A stretch of 57,865 bases of DNA from a virus (Duplodnaviria; Caudoviricetes): positions 1-57,865 of IMG/VR virus record IMGVR_UViG_3300024999_000121; one strand, given 5' to 3'. The notes under the pieces are model-generated. The model worked only from the letters and a program-made list of their open reading frames with translations. It did no database searches and was not told the origin of the DNA. Within the stretch, counting starts at the first letter, position 1, and every line of letters begins with the position of its first letter. The translations under genes were made by a program, and so were the position numbers. This document shows positions 1 to 9,426 of the stretch, piece by piece.

Positions 1-1
1 A

Positions 2-190
2 GGCTATTACTTCTCGGCAATCCAAGTATTAGCTCAATCTGTCGTTGCTTCACAGACCAACGTAACTGGCGAGGTCACAGCACAACTTAGCGATTTTACA
101 GCACTACCGGCAGGGGTAACTATTCCTACAAAGTTAACCAAGATAGCCCTGACAAGTGGAGAAGCAATTGGCATTCTTGCAAGAACATAA
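2..190 (+). CDS. 3' end of small virion structural protein (partial)
   Basis: Open frame GYYFSAIQVLAQ...IGILART* running in from the window edge, upstream of tail genes. Confidence 0.6.
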   Translation, partial: GYYFSAIQVLAQSVVASQTNVTGEVTAQLSDFTALPAGVTIPTKLTKIALTSGEAIGILART

Positions 191-225
191 TGCTATTACA
201 TTAAACGAAAAGGGGGATTTACCCC

Positions 226-1173
226 ATGGCGATCACTTATGGAGCAATTAGAACGTCAACTCTGCGCTTGTTAGACGAATACAGTTCAAGAGGAACCATT
301 CAAGTCCCTTCAAAAGTAGCGGATTACGGTTTCAAAATACAGCAATTAGTAAATGAATCAATTTACGAACTTGCTTCAACTACAGCCAAGCTTCCTAAAA
401 CTCTCTTAATTCCTCATAATCCTGTCAAAAACACCCTTGCCGACGATACGAGTTCGATAAAACAGCATATTCCCGGCATTGACTTCTCGATAACGCTTGT
501 GAATGGGAAGTCAACTTTTTTTGAAGCTACCGGACCAGCGACAATAGTTATCGAGCAATCGAGTAATGGCACGACCTACACGGAGATTGAGACAATTACT
601 ATAGCTTCAACCGTAACAACTTTTGCAGAATACAGGCGACTTATAACTCCGACTTTAGCAACAAACACGGTTAGATTGCGCTTTACTGGCGATTACGTTT
701 ACCTGTTTAGGAATTATGTACTGTATCCGTATTCTTGGCCTACGGCGGCAGACGTACCACAGCACTCTCCTTGGTGGAAGGTTACAACTCCAAGCGATTT
801 CCTTGACCTAAACTATGTAGAAATTAGGAGGGACGCAAGGCAATTTATTCCTTATTCCAATATGATCAAGACTCCTGAGAACGAACTTTTTTTCAACTCA
901 TTTGAGGGTCCTGCGGAATTTCTTATCCACTACTGGCGTAAGCCAACTCTCTTAACCTTCACCAACGTTCAAGCAACAGACGATGCCCTGATAATCGACC
1001 TTCGAGATGATGCTGCATTAATTTTGCCATACAACTGTGCTGGAACAATCATGAACTCGGAGGAAGATGGCCTCGGGGATCGCTACTTAAAGAAATACAC
1101 AGAAAAACGCATGAACCTCATTTCAAGTACAGCCTCGCACGTATCAAGCCTAAGTAATTTGTACACATGGTAG
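226..1173 (+). CDS. putative head-tail adaptor / tail tubular protein
   Basis: 315 aa, good RBS, directly upstream of nozzle-like genes; positional call. Confidence 0.5.
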   Translation: MAITYGAIRTSTLRLLDEYSSRGTIQVPSKVADYGFKIQQLVNESIYELASTTAKLPKTLLIPHNPVKNTLADDTSSIKQHIPGIDFSITLVNGKSTFFEATGPATIVIEQSSNGTTYTEIETITIASTVTTFAEYRRLITPTLATNTVRLRFTGDYVYLFRNYVLYPYSWPTAADVPQHSPWWKVTTPSDFLDLNYVEIRRDARQFIPYSNMIKTPENELFFNSFEGPAEFLIHYWRKPTLLTFTNVQATDDALIIDLRDDAALILPYNCAGTIMNSEEDGLGDRYLKKYTEKRMNLISSTASHVSSLSNLYTW

Positions 1174-1186
1174 GAGGTGAGGACAT

Positions 1187-1456
1187 ATCGCAACCGAAAC
1201 ATATAGCTTCCCCGATGGCTTCGCAGGCGGCCTGAGGATTGACCTTAGCCCCGATAAAATACCTTCTTCTGCAAGCCCTGATATGCAGAACATAAATTTT
1301 TTTGACGGAGCAATCCCAACTAAACGAAAAGGCTTCTCCCGCCCCTACTCCGCCTCACTTGGACCAACTCCAATCCGTCTAATGACCGAATTTAAGACAA
1401 ACGGCGAAACCGAATTCCTCATCGTATGCGGAGGTTCCCTATACAAAAAGAATTGA
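1187..1456 (+). CDS. N-terminal segment of podovirus tail nozzle/stabilisation protein (ATC start, absent from ORF track)
   Basis: AGGAGGTGA RBS then ATC; 89 aa IATETYSFPDGFAGGLRIDLSPDKIPSSASPDMQN...KRKGF...PIR...LIVCGGSLYKKN resembles the start of P22 gp10-like beta-propeller proteins. Confidence 0.6.
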   Translation: MATETYSFPDGFAGGLRIDLSPDKIPSSASPDMQNINFFDGAIPTKRKGFSRPYSASLGPTPIRLMTEFKTNGETEFLIVCGGSLYKKN

Positions 1457-1466
1457 GGTGTAACTC

Positions 1467-1865
1467 TTGGCAGATATAACTCTCCAGGAACTATTTGACG
1501 CTACGGCAAACGTAGCAGGTACAGGCTTTGCATCAGCAGCGCGAACAGCCACGGTATCAAGTTCTGACATAACAAACTTAGGCGGCAAGGGCGTTATTGT
1601 CATCCTTGACGTAACTGCATCAGCGGATACCCCAAGCATTACATTAAAAATCGAAGGCAAGGACCCTGTTTCTGGTAAATACTACACTATCCTCGAATCA
1701 GCAGCGGTAACTGCAACAAGCACAAACATCTATAGGGTTCATCCTTCATTAACCGCAGCATCCAACTTGATAGCAAAAGATGCAATCCCCAAAACATTCC
1801 GCATAACCATGACTCATGCGGACGCGGATTCCATCACATATTCGGTAGGCTATAGTTTGGTTTAG
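1467..1865 (+). CDS. beta-rich virion structural protein
   Basis: 132 aa, Ala/Thr/Ser-rich, RBS GAGGTG, in tail operon. Confidence 0.55.
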   Translation: MADITLQELFDATANVAGTGFASAARTATVSSSDITNLGGKGVIVILDVTASADTPSITLKIEGKDPVSGKYYTILESAAVTATSTNIYRVHPSLTAASNLIAKDAIPKTFRITMTHADADSITYSVGYSLV

Positions 1866-1886
1866 CCTCTCATAAGGGGGTTCAGT

Positions 1887-3599
1887 ATGGCAATTGCAAC
1901 ATTTTGGGCAGGTACAGACGGTAAAGATGGAACATATGGAGTAGACGCAACAACAGCACTAGATGGAACTGCCTCGGCATCTGTCTTTTTTTCTTTATGG
2001 ACAGAATTCGAAGGTATTCTTCAAGGACTAACCGATGCCCCAACAACTTCCTTCGAGTCAGGCGACAAGGTTTACTTCCTTACAGGCAATGAATACGTCT
2101 ACTATAACGGCACAACAGCAGGTAACGTCACGGATATTGCCAAGGTCCCAACTGTTACGCTAGGTAAAAAACCTGATGGCACAAGCGGAACAGCAAACGA
2201 AAAGTTCAATCATTTGAGTGACAAATGGAAAACAAGCTATGACCCTGACGGAATAGCGACAGCGTTTGTACTCGACAAAATATATCAATCTGATGGCGTA
2301 ACCCCAATTACCCTCTCAGCAAATCTATTTAAAGCGTACATTTATGAAGTAGAAAAAGTAGAAGGTACAGACTTCACCTTCAATCGTACAACATGGACAG
2401 CAACCTTCACCTCTGCCCCTGCTGCTGGAACTGATACCCTGCAAATTCAATTAGAGGCAACCGCGCTCATGGACCAAACCCTTATCACTAAATGCACCAT
2501 GGCTATTGAGTACGCAGGTAACAATAATACCGCTGTATTCATTTCAGGGCATCCAACCTACCCGAATATAGTTTGTTATTCATGGTTTTACGACCCAACA
2601 TACTTTCCTGAAGATGCTGACATAAGCGTTGGTAACGACTCCCGAAGTGTCACTGGTTGGGGAAGAATGAACGATTACCTTATCACCTACAAAGAGCCGG
2701 GTGATGAATTTGTACAATGGTATTCGTACATTAATGTGGATTCTACTTCTGGCGCAGTCACGGTCCCTACATTCGGTCTAAATGATGAGTTTGGATGCAT
2801 CGCAGGGCGAACCGTTCGCCCTGCTCAGAATGGGCTTCTTGTCCTCTCTGATAAGGGAGTAGTATGGACTTGGGCTAGCCTAACCAAGGGACAAGCTAAC
2901 TGCAAAATAGTCAGTCAAGGCGTAAACGGTAAGAACGGCATAGCAAGTGGAATCCTTGACAACACGAAAGCAGACTTAGCCTTATCCCATGCTGAAATAA
3001 GCGGAAACAAATACCTTCTGCATATCAAGGACAAGGTTTGGGTGTTGGACCTTGAATATTCAGACTTGGCAGGTGGAGTTTATTGTTGGTATCCCTACAC
3101 TGGTATTTACGCCAATGCAGGATACTTCCTGACACGTTCAGACGTTCTATATATCGGCGATAACGTAAACGGGCTTATCTATTCCGAACAGCAAATAACC
3201 AACGATAACCCTTACTCCGACAATGGCGTAGCGATAGACGCGTGGTGGACTTCGCCTCTTATGTTCCTAGGTGGTAGAGAATGGATAAAGAAGTTTGAAC
3301 GGATCAATCTTACATTTAAAGCATCATACGGAACAGAACACATCCTTACGCTTATCTCTGATTCAGGGGAAGAAGATATAACCCTCTTGCAAGAATCAGG
3401 GATTTTTGATGCCCGGTACTTCCACGCTTCATATTTCAATGCAGGAACGGAAGCGCCTAGCTACCCTAAATCACAGGGCGAGAAAATAGGAATCAAGGCT
3501 GAGTATTTCCAGTTCAGAATCAGAAATAACATGCTTAATCGCAGTATAGCCATGTTAGCGGCTATGATTAGTTTCAAGCTGAGGAAGAAGGTGAAGTAA
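1887..3599 (+). CDS. tail nozzle / stabilisation protein, main portion
   Basis: 570 aa beta-propeller-like, DPTYFP, GC...TV, WWTSP...G..EWIKKF motifs typical of podovirus nozzle proteins. Confidence 0.65.
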   Translation: MAIATFWAGTDGKDGTYGVDATTALDGTASASVFFSLWTEFEGILQGLTDAPTTSFESGDKVYFLTGNEYVYYNGTTAGNVTDIAKVPTVTLGKKPDGTSGTANEKFNHLSDKWKTSYDPDGIATAFVLDKIYQSDGVTPITLSANLFKAYIYEVEKVEGTDFTFNRTTWTATFTSAPAAGTDTLQIQLEATALMDQTLITKCTMAIEYAGNNNTAVFISGHPTYPNIVCYSWFYDPTYFPEDADISVGNDSRSVTGWGRMNDYLITYKEPGDEFVQWYSYINVDSTSGAVTVPTFGLNDEFGCIAGRTVRPAQNGLLVLSDKGVVWTWASLTKGQANCKIVSQGVNGKNGIASGILDNTKADLALSHAEISGNKYLLHIKDKVWVLDLEYSDLAGGVYCWYPYTGIYANAGYFLTRSDVLYIGDNVNGLIYSEQQITNDNPYSDNGVAIDAWWTSPLMFLGGREWIKKFERINLTFKASYGTEHILTLISDSGEEDITLLQESGIFDARYFHASYFNAGTEAPSYPKSQGEKIGIKAEYFQFRIRNNMLNRSIAMLAAMISFKLRKKVK

Positions 3600-4972
3600 T
3601 GGCATTTCCAACAATGGGGGCAATAACTGAAAAGTTCGTAGGGCAACCGTACGACCTGAATAGCGTCTTAACCCCTGCTCAAGTGTGGGCAAAGCTTGAC
3701 TCTCCACCCGAAGAGGTAAGGGTTGCGTTAAATGCAGTTGTTGCCTTACTTAATGCTATCACAGACGGGATAAGTGGCGCAGACAGCCTTGGCATACCCG
3801 AAACCATAGCAGGAAGCGGGGCGAATGTAAGAGATAGAGCAGATTGGCTTTATGCTCAGATAGTTGCTGCGGTGTTAGGGGAGATACCTGACGGTTCGTT
3901 GACTACAGCTAAGCATGCTAATAGTTCTGTCACGGCGGCAAAGTGCGCGGCAGACGTTGCGACTCAGGCTGAGTTGGATAATTTAGCAGGAGCAGGACGA
4001 ACAACAGAAACAGTAAAGGATAATGCGGATACCATTGCTAACCATTCAGCAAATACTACTACTGCCCACGGTGCTGTATCGGCAGCGACAGCAAGTAAGA
4101 TCATAATTCGTGATGCGTCAGGCAGGGCAAAGGTAGCGGCCCCAAGCGCAACAGATGACATTGCGCTATTAAGCACAGTTACGGGCAATGTCGAAGATAC
4201 TCCAACGGCAGGGCACACGACTAATGCGGCAAGCAGTAATTCAGTTGCTATACTTCAGGCGGATTACGCGACAGACACAGGTGTAGTAAATGCTTATGCG
4301 ATTACACTAAACCCTGCTCCGGTGGCATATGAGATAGGCAAGATTTATAAATTTAAAGCCGCTAATGCTAATACAGGAGCATCAACCTTTGCTATAGGGG
4401 CATTGGTTGCAACGGCGATAAAAAAGAATGTGTCAGTGGCTTTAGCGGCAGGGGATATTCCGGCAGGGGGAATAATACCCGTTATGTATGATGGCACAAA
4501 TTTTCAACTAATCCCAATAGCTCCACCGAGTGCCGCATCCGAAACCGTAGCAGGTATTACAGAGTATGCTACAGCAGCAGAGGTTACAGCAGGGGTTAGT
4601 ACCACATTAGCAATAACTCCTGCGGGGGCGAAGGTGGAACTGGACAAAAAAGCAAATATAACAAGCGGAGGTTATACTGGTAATGCAACTTCTCCGAGGA
4701 CAATATCGTTGAGCTTTACTCCCAAGTTTGTTTATGTTACGAGACTAGGTGGTTCGACACCAACTGACTCAGTAACCGGAATAACTGGTTATGATGCTAC
4801 TGCACCAACATTAGGTAAATACGATACAAGTAATAGTAATATAGCCTCGTATTTAGCAGGCGACAACAATTCTATCGTTATCACTACCAACGGATTTATC
4901 GTAAGACACAACAGCACGTATAATGGGTATAACATAAACGGCATATCGTATGGATATACAGCTATAGGATAG
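3599..4972 (+). CDS. tail fibre protein
   Basis: 457 aa Ala/Thr/Gly-rich, fibre motifs AYAITLNPAP, FKAANANTGAST, ASETVAGITEYAT, GGYTGN...ISLSFTPK. Confidence 0.8.
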   Translation: MAFPTMGAITEKFVGQPYDLNSVLTPAQVWAKLDSPPEEVRVALNAVVALLNAITDGISGADSLGIPETIAGSGANVRDRADWLYAQIVAAVLGEIPDGSLTTAKHANSSVTAAKCAADVATQAELDNLAGAGRTTETVKDNADTIANHSANTTTAHGAVSAATASKIIIRDASGRAKVAAPSATDDIALLSTVTGNVEDTPTAGHTTNAASSNSVAILQADYATDTGVVNAYAITLNPAPVAYEIGKIYKFKAANANTGASTFAIGALVATAIKKNVSVALAAGDIPAGGIIPVMYDGTNFQLIPIAPPSAASETVAGITEYATAAEVTAGVSTTLAITPAGAKVELDKKANITSGGYTGNATSPRTISLSFTPKFVYVTRLGGSTPTDSVTGITGYDATAPTLGKYDTSNSNIASYLAGDNNSIVITTNGFIVRHNSTYNGYNINGISYGYTAIG

Positions 4973-4982
4973 GGGGACAAAG

Positions 4983-5339
4983 ATGTATACGATAATTAAC
5001 AAAAGCACAGGTTATGAGATTCGCACTCATGATATGTTTAGATGCTCCAATATTTTCCCTAACTTAGAACTAGGAGAAAATGAGCAAATTGTGCTTATAC
5101 CAGTTTTGCTAATTGGGTTAATCAACAACGCTTATGAATGTTCTATTTCCGTTGGACAAGAAGGGATAGTAACGGCAATAAACGTAACAAAGACAATGGC
5201 AGAATGGCAAGCAGAGCAGCCAATAGTAACCCAACCTAAATCAGAACTTGAACTATTACAGGAACAACTAGCAACTCAAAACCAAACTCAATCAGATTTT
5301 ATGGATTATATTTTTGCGTCATTTCCAGAAATAGCCTAA
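4983..5339 (+). CDS. putative tail fibre assembly protein
   Basis: 118 aa after fibre, C-terminal coiled coil SELELLQEQL. Confidence 0.5.
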   Translation: MYTIINKSTGYEIRTHDMFRCSNIFPNLELGENEQIVLIPVLLIGLINNAYECSISVGQEGIVTAINVTKTMAEWQAEQPIVTQPKSELELLQEQLATQNQTQSDFMDYIFASFPEIA

Positions 5340-5358
5340 TTTAAAGGAGGTGATAAAC

Positions 5359-5595
5359 ATGGCAATAACTTCTATTCTTCCGTTTCGAACATCCACATAT
5401 GCAAGAGCAATCTATGTGTATGGCACAAACAGGCTGACCGCAAGAGATGGCTTCCCCGGAGTTGCAGAAGGTTACTACACACCAGTAGAACAGTATGCAG
5501 CAGCAAATTACACTACTGCACAAATTGACTTAGCATTAGCTTATGGGTGGTTGACGCAGACTGAATACGATGAGACTATGGCTTTCAAAATCTAA
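5359..5595 (+). CDS. XkdX-like small protein
   Basis: RBS AAGGAGGTG; C-terminal IDLALAYGWLTQTEY. Confidence 0.55.
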   Translation: MAITSILPFRTSTYARAIYVYGTNRLTARDGFPGVAEGYYTPVEQYAAANYTTAQIDLALAYGWLTQTEYDETMAFKI

Positions 5596-5601
5596 CCACA
5601 C

Positions 5602-5650
5602 AAGGGCAAAAGATAGACTAGAGATAGTCTCTTTTCTTTTGCCCTGCTTT
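5602..5650 (+). terminator. intrinsic terminator
   Basis: AGGGCAAAAG...CTTTTGCCCT long hairpin followed by T-rich tract. Confidence 0.65.
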
Positions 5651-5715
5651 AATGAATTTTCAAAGCTGAAAGGCTTTTTTATTTTGTTTTATTCTTCTCC
5701 AAAGGAGGCGAAAGC

Positions 5716-7257
5716 GTGGCTACAAACTCAACCCTATCCCAAGAAGATTACCAACAAAACTTAACCGACTTAAATGATGTAACTGCAACTGCGGCAGCTA
5801 CAGCCAAACAGGACGTACTTCGTCAAGCGTGGGAGAGCGACCAACAGACTTACAACGCACAAAATGCTGCGGTTGCGAACAACTATCAAAGTGCTACTAA
5901 TGCGATCAATCTTCAGCGACAGACGCAACTTCCCAAATATCAAGCTCAAAAAGATGCGACTAGTTCAGATGCGGCGGCAACACAGCGTCGAACGGAAGCC
6001 CTAAATTCAATGGGTGGAACATACAACTCGGGCGCAAACAGGAGTCAGATGTTAGGGATTGACCTAAATAGGCAGAGTGTCTTACAAGGCATACAGAGCG
6101 ACCAGAATAACTTCGAGACATCTACGGGTAATGCTCTGACGGAAGCGGATTCGGCGAGGGTCGCGGCATTAAATGATATTGCTGGAAAGTTAGCCCTTGG
6201 CACAACACAGTACAACGATGGAGCATTGGCATTAAGGACTCAACTTGAGTCAGACAAGCAAACCGGGGCATTAAAAGCCGTCTTAGATGCTCAAGCGCGA
6301 GCAGATGAGCAATATCAATTCAACACGACGACAGGGCTTCAGCAGCAACAAATTAACAATCAAGTGGCACAGTATGCATCCACTTTAGCTCAGGAAAATG
6401 AGCAATTCAGAATTACGTCTAATATGACGCAACAACAGATTAATAATCAGGTTTCGCAGTTTAGACAAGGCTTGGAGCAAAATGCAAGTCAATTCGGCGT
6501 AACCTCTGCACAAACACAACAGCAGATCGATAGCCAAGTTTCGCAGTACGCCACCTCCCTAGCACAGTCTAATTCTCAATTCGAGAGAACTGCTGGTCAA
6601 TCGGATACTCAAATAACCAACCAGGCTAATCAGAATGCTGCTCAACTAGCCCAAAACGCTGCTCAATTCGCCGTAGCTTCAGCGCAAACGCAACAGCAAA
6701 TCGATGATGCCGCTTCTCAGTTTGCCGAGTCATTAGGACTATCTAAGGAACAACTTGCTGCTCAAATAGCTCAAAATGGCTTTGGTAATACTATGGCTGC
6801 GTTGAACTATAATGCGTCCATTGACCAAACTGAATTTAACAATGGTATTGCGGTTTATGGTGCAACTGGGGTTTATGGTGGAGACGTTAGTTCTGGAACG
6901 GACAGGGCTGTCGTTAATCCAGACGGAACAATTAGCACAATTCCTGTAGATGCAACTCCTGACACGACTCCTGATACACTTGATATATCTGGAAATGTGG
7001 CCACACCGACTACGGGCATTACTGTCGGCAAAACAGGAACAAAGTGGAAGAACTACCCTGAGGTTGACCGTAACACTGATGCCCCGGCAACAAATAGTGA
7101 AGGTGAGGAACTAACGGGGTACAGAATGACAGCCATTAGAGGAGAACACAGGTATTACGTTCCTATTTACTCTGGGCAAATGTCAAAGGGAACCGTTCCA
7201 ACAGGCGCTACGATCAATGGATCAAAAGGCGGCGTGCCAACCTTTAAGGATTGGTAA
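5716..7257 (+). CDS. Gln-rich internal virion / DNA ejection (pilot-like) protein
   Basis: 513 aa helical Q/N/A-rich with ~29-aa repeats; position among ejection genes. Confidence 0.6.
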   Translation: MATNSTLSQEDYQQNLTDLNDVTATAAATAKQDVLRQAWESDQQTYNAQNAAVANNYQSATNAINLQRQTQLPKYQAQKDATSSDAAATQRRTEALNSMGGTYNSGANRSQMLGIDLNRQSVLQGIQSDQNNFETSTGNALTEADSARVAALNDIAGKLALGTTQYNDGALALRTQLESDKQTGALKAVLDAQARADEQYQFNTTTGLQQQQINNQVAQYASTLAQENEQFRITSNMTQQQINNQVSQFRQGLEQNASQFGVTSAQTQQQIDSQVSQYATSLAQSNSQFERTAGQSDTQITNQANQNAAQLAQNAAQFAVASAQTQQQIDDAASQFAESLGLSKEQLAAQIAQNGFGNTMAALNYNASIDQTEFNNGIAVYGATGVYGGDVSSGTDRAVVNPDGTISTIPVDATPDTTPDTLDISGNVATPTTGITVGKTGTKWKNYPEVDRNTDAPATNSEGEELTGYRMTAIRGEHRYYVPIYSGQMSKGTVPTGATINGSKGGVPTFKDW

Positions 7258-7279
7258 ACTCAAAGAAAGGATGATTAAT

Positions 7280-7792
7280 ATGGCTGCGGTTGACCCAAAT
7301 AGACCCGGATATTACATGGACGGAACACCTATACCCAGCCGAACTGATCCTGAGGCGACTAATCGGGTTGCGGCTATGCAAGCGGGGTTTGGGGAATCTC
7401 AGCCTCAAGCTCAAGCTCAATCTCAATCCCAAGCTCAACCTCAGCCCATTAGAAAGTCCGGCAATCCATATAATAACCCGAGCAAAAAGCCAATCTACAT
7501 GACTGCTGATAATCAGATAGCTGATGGCCCGGGAAAAGGTGTGTATGCCTATTATGGAGTGCCGGGCATGGAATTACGCACGCAGTTTAACGCGCAGAAT
7601 GAATTTAAGGACAAGATGGAACAATGGGCTAAGGAGTTTGCAGAGACGCAGAGTCAGAATAAGTTTGATAACGGGATATCAGAAGGAACGCTGACTGGTT
7701 ATTATAACGGGAAGAAAACAATTAGCACTAAAACAGGGGGTACCAATACGGCGGCTCGTAAATACTACGTAAACGGAGTGCTGCAATCATAA
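7280..7792 (+). CDS. internal virion protein
   Basis: RBS-supported ATG at 7280; QPQAQAQSQSQ tract; TGYYNG motif shared with neighbours. Confidence 0.55.
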   Translation: MAAVDPNRPGYYMDGTPIPSRTDPEATNRVAAMQAGFGESQPQAQAQSQSQAQPQPIRKSGNPYNNPSKKPIYMTADNQIADGPGKGVYAYYGVPGMELRTQFNAQNEFKDKMEQWAKEFAETQSQNKFDNGISEGTLTGYYNGKKTISTKTGGTNTAARKYYVNGVLQS

Positions 7793-7805
7793 CACCTAGT
7801 ACCAA

Positions 7806-7835
7806 GAGAGAGTCTTAATCGACTCTCTCTATTTC
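7806..7835 (+). terminator. intrinsic terminator
   Basis: AGAGAGAGTC-ttaatc-GACTCTCTCT hairpin. Confidence 0.6.
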
Positions 7836-7845
7836 TCAAGAAAGG

Positions 7846-9408
7846 ATGATGAGCGTGGCTATTTATGGCCTACAGGATGATGTCTTGGCCAATAAAGGGA
7901 AGAATGTTCAATTATATATTCCAGGGCAAACCAAGCTTACCGCGCAAGATATATTTCTCGGTGGCCCTGGAACAGGCGTAACAGATGAAATGATTGGGTC
8001 GGCCACAAGAGTACACGGCGAGTCGCCTGAAGATACTGCGTACGGATTAGAGCAATACCTAAACAGCATCGAGAATGGAACCTCAATGAATGCTGCGCCT
8101 GACCAACCCGACAGTTCAAGTTCAAGGACTTTTGGACTACAAGCAGACGTAGACGCAAACAAGGGGCGAAGCGTAAATCTTTATGTTCCGGGTAAAACCC
8201 AATTGTCGGCACGGGATGTATTCTTGGGCGGCACAGGTACAGGAGTTACGGATGAGCAGCTAAATGGGGCGCAGCGCATATTCGGGCAGGACGCTGTCGG
8301 TACTCGACAGGCCTACAATGAATATAGTGGTGATCTTTCGTCACAGACTCGGGCTGCTATAGCTCAAAATGCTGCGCCTAGGGTAGATTCAGACAGAGGT
8401 ATCCCAACACTGGCCCGTCAACAGATGGAAATAAATCAAGCCAAAGATATGGTAGACCTCCCGGTAAAGACATCCGTGGCAACCGGGAAATACCTCGGCA
8501 TGGATACGCTTGAGCAGAAAAAGTATGATGAAAAACTTAGGCAAGATGCGCTTGACGATGAATGGAAGCAGAAAAACTTTGACTACAGCATGTCGAAGGA
8601 TACTCTCGATAATAAGTATAAGTATGACGCATTGAATTCTGGTAATTACAGCGATGCTGAAAGCCGGAAGATTTCTCAACAAAATGCCAACGTGAATGAG
8701 TTGAATGTAACGGGTGAGTGGCCCAGTAGCGGAGGCGGCGCAAGTTCGGGCGAATATTCATCATCGATCAATAAGTACGCACAACAGTACGGAGTATCAC
8801 CCGGACTTATCAGTGCAGTTATTAACCAGGAGAGCGGAGGGAATCCTAGCGCAATCAGTTCCGCGGGAGCCAGCGGGATAATGCAACTTATGCCCGGTAC
8901 CGCGAGGGAGTTGGGGGTAACTGATACCTCTAGCGTTGATCAGAACATAATGGGCGGGACGAAATACCTTAGCCAACAACTGCAGAAATATGGAAACAAT
9001 GAATTAGCGTTGGCGGCTTATAATGCTGGACCTGGTGCTGTGGATAATGCTATTAGTAAGGCTGGAAGTAGGGATTGGACTGCTGTATCTCAATTCCTAC
9101 CGAGAGAAACGCAGGGTTACGTGCCGTCTATCTTAGGTAGCGTGAAAACAGCTCCGCTAAAAACCAAAAAGCCAGAACCATTTAGTGATACCGCCACCAA
9201 TAGTATGATGAACCAAATGAAAGGCGCATTGGCTGAAGGGGCGACTATTGATGATCTAATAGAGGACTTGGGTGTATATCAAAGTGATGGCACAGCAAGG
9301 CTCAGAAACTACGATAATAGTTTCCTTATGAATTGGCTTCAGTCACAGAAAGCCAAGACTGAGAGTCAAGCTGATGGATTAACAAAATCAGCATTCAAAC
9401 GGTGGTAG
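7846..9408 (+). CDS. virion lytic transglycosylase (SLT) with duplicated N-terminal domain
   Basis: AVINQESGG, GASGIMQLMPGT, ALAAYNAGPG, ETQGYV SLT motifs; two ~65-aa N-terminal repeats. Confidence 0.9.
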   Translation: MMSVAIYGLQDDVLANKGKNVQLYIPGQTKLTAQDIFLGGPGTGVTDEMIGSATRVHGESPEDTAYGLEQYLNSIENGTSMNAAPDQPDSSSSRTFGLQADVDANKGRSVNLYVPGKTQLSARDVFLGGTGTGVTDEQLNGAQRIFGQDAVGTRQAYNEYSGDLSSQTRAAIAQNAAPRVDSDRGIPTLARQQMEINQAKDMVDLPVKTSVATGKYLGMDTLEQKKYDEKLRQDALDDEWKQKNFDYSMSKDTLDNKYKYDALNSGNYSDAESRKISQQNANVNELNVTGEWPSSGGGASSGEYSSSINKYAQQYGVSPGLISAVINQESGGNPSAISSAGASGIMQLMPGTARELGVTDTSSVDQNIMGGTKYLSQQLQKYGNNELALAAYNAGPGAVDNAISKAGSRDWTAVSQFLPRETQGYVPSILGSVKTAPLKTKKPEPFSDTATNSMMNQMKGALAEGATIDDLIEDLGVYQSDGTARLRNYDNSFLMNWLQSQKAKTESQADGLTKSAFKRW

Positions 9409-9426
9409 TATTAAGGGGGCGTTGCC

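Noticed and set aside
3599-4972. Diversity-generating retroelement or invertible tail fibre
   Set aside because: No reverse transcriptase, invertase or duplicated fibre end noticed
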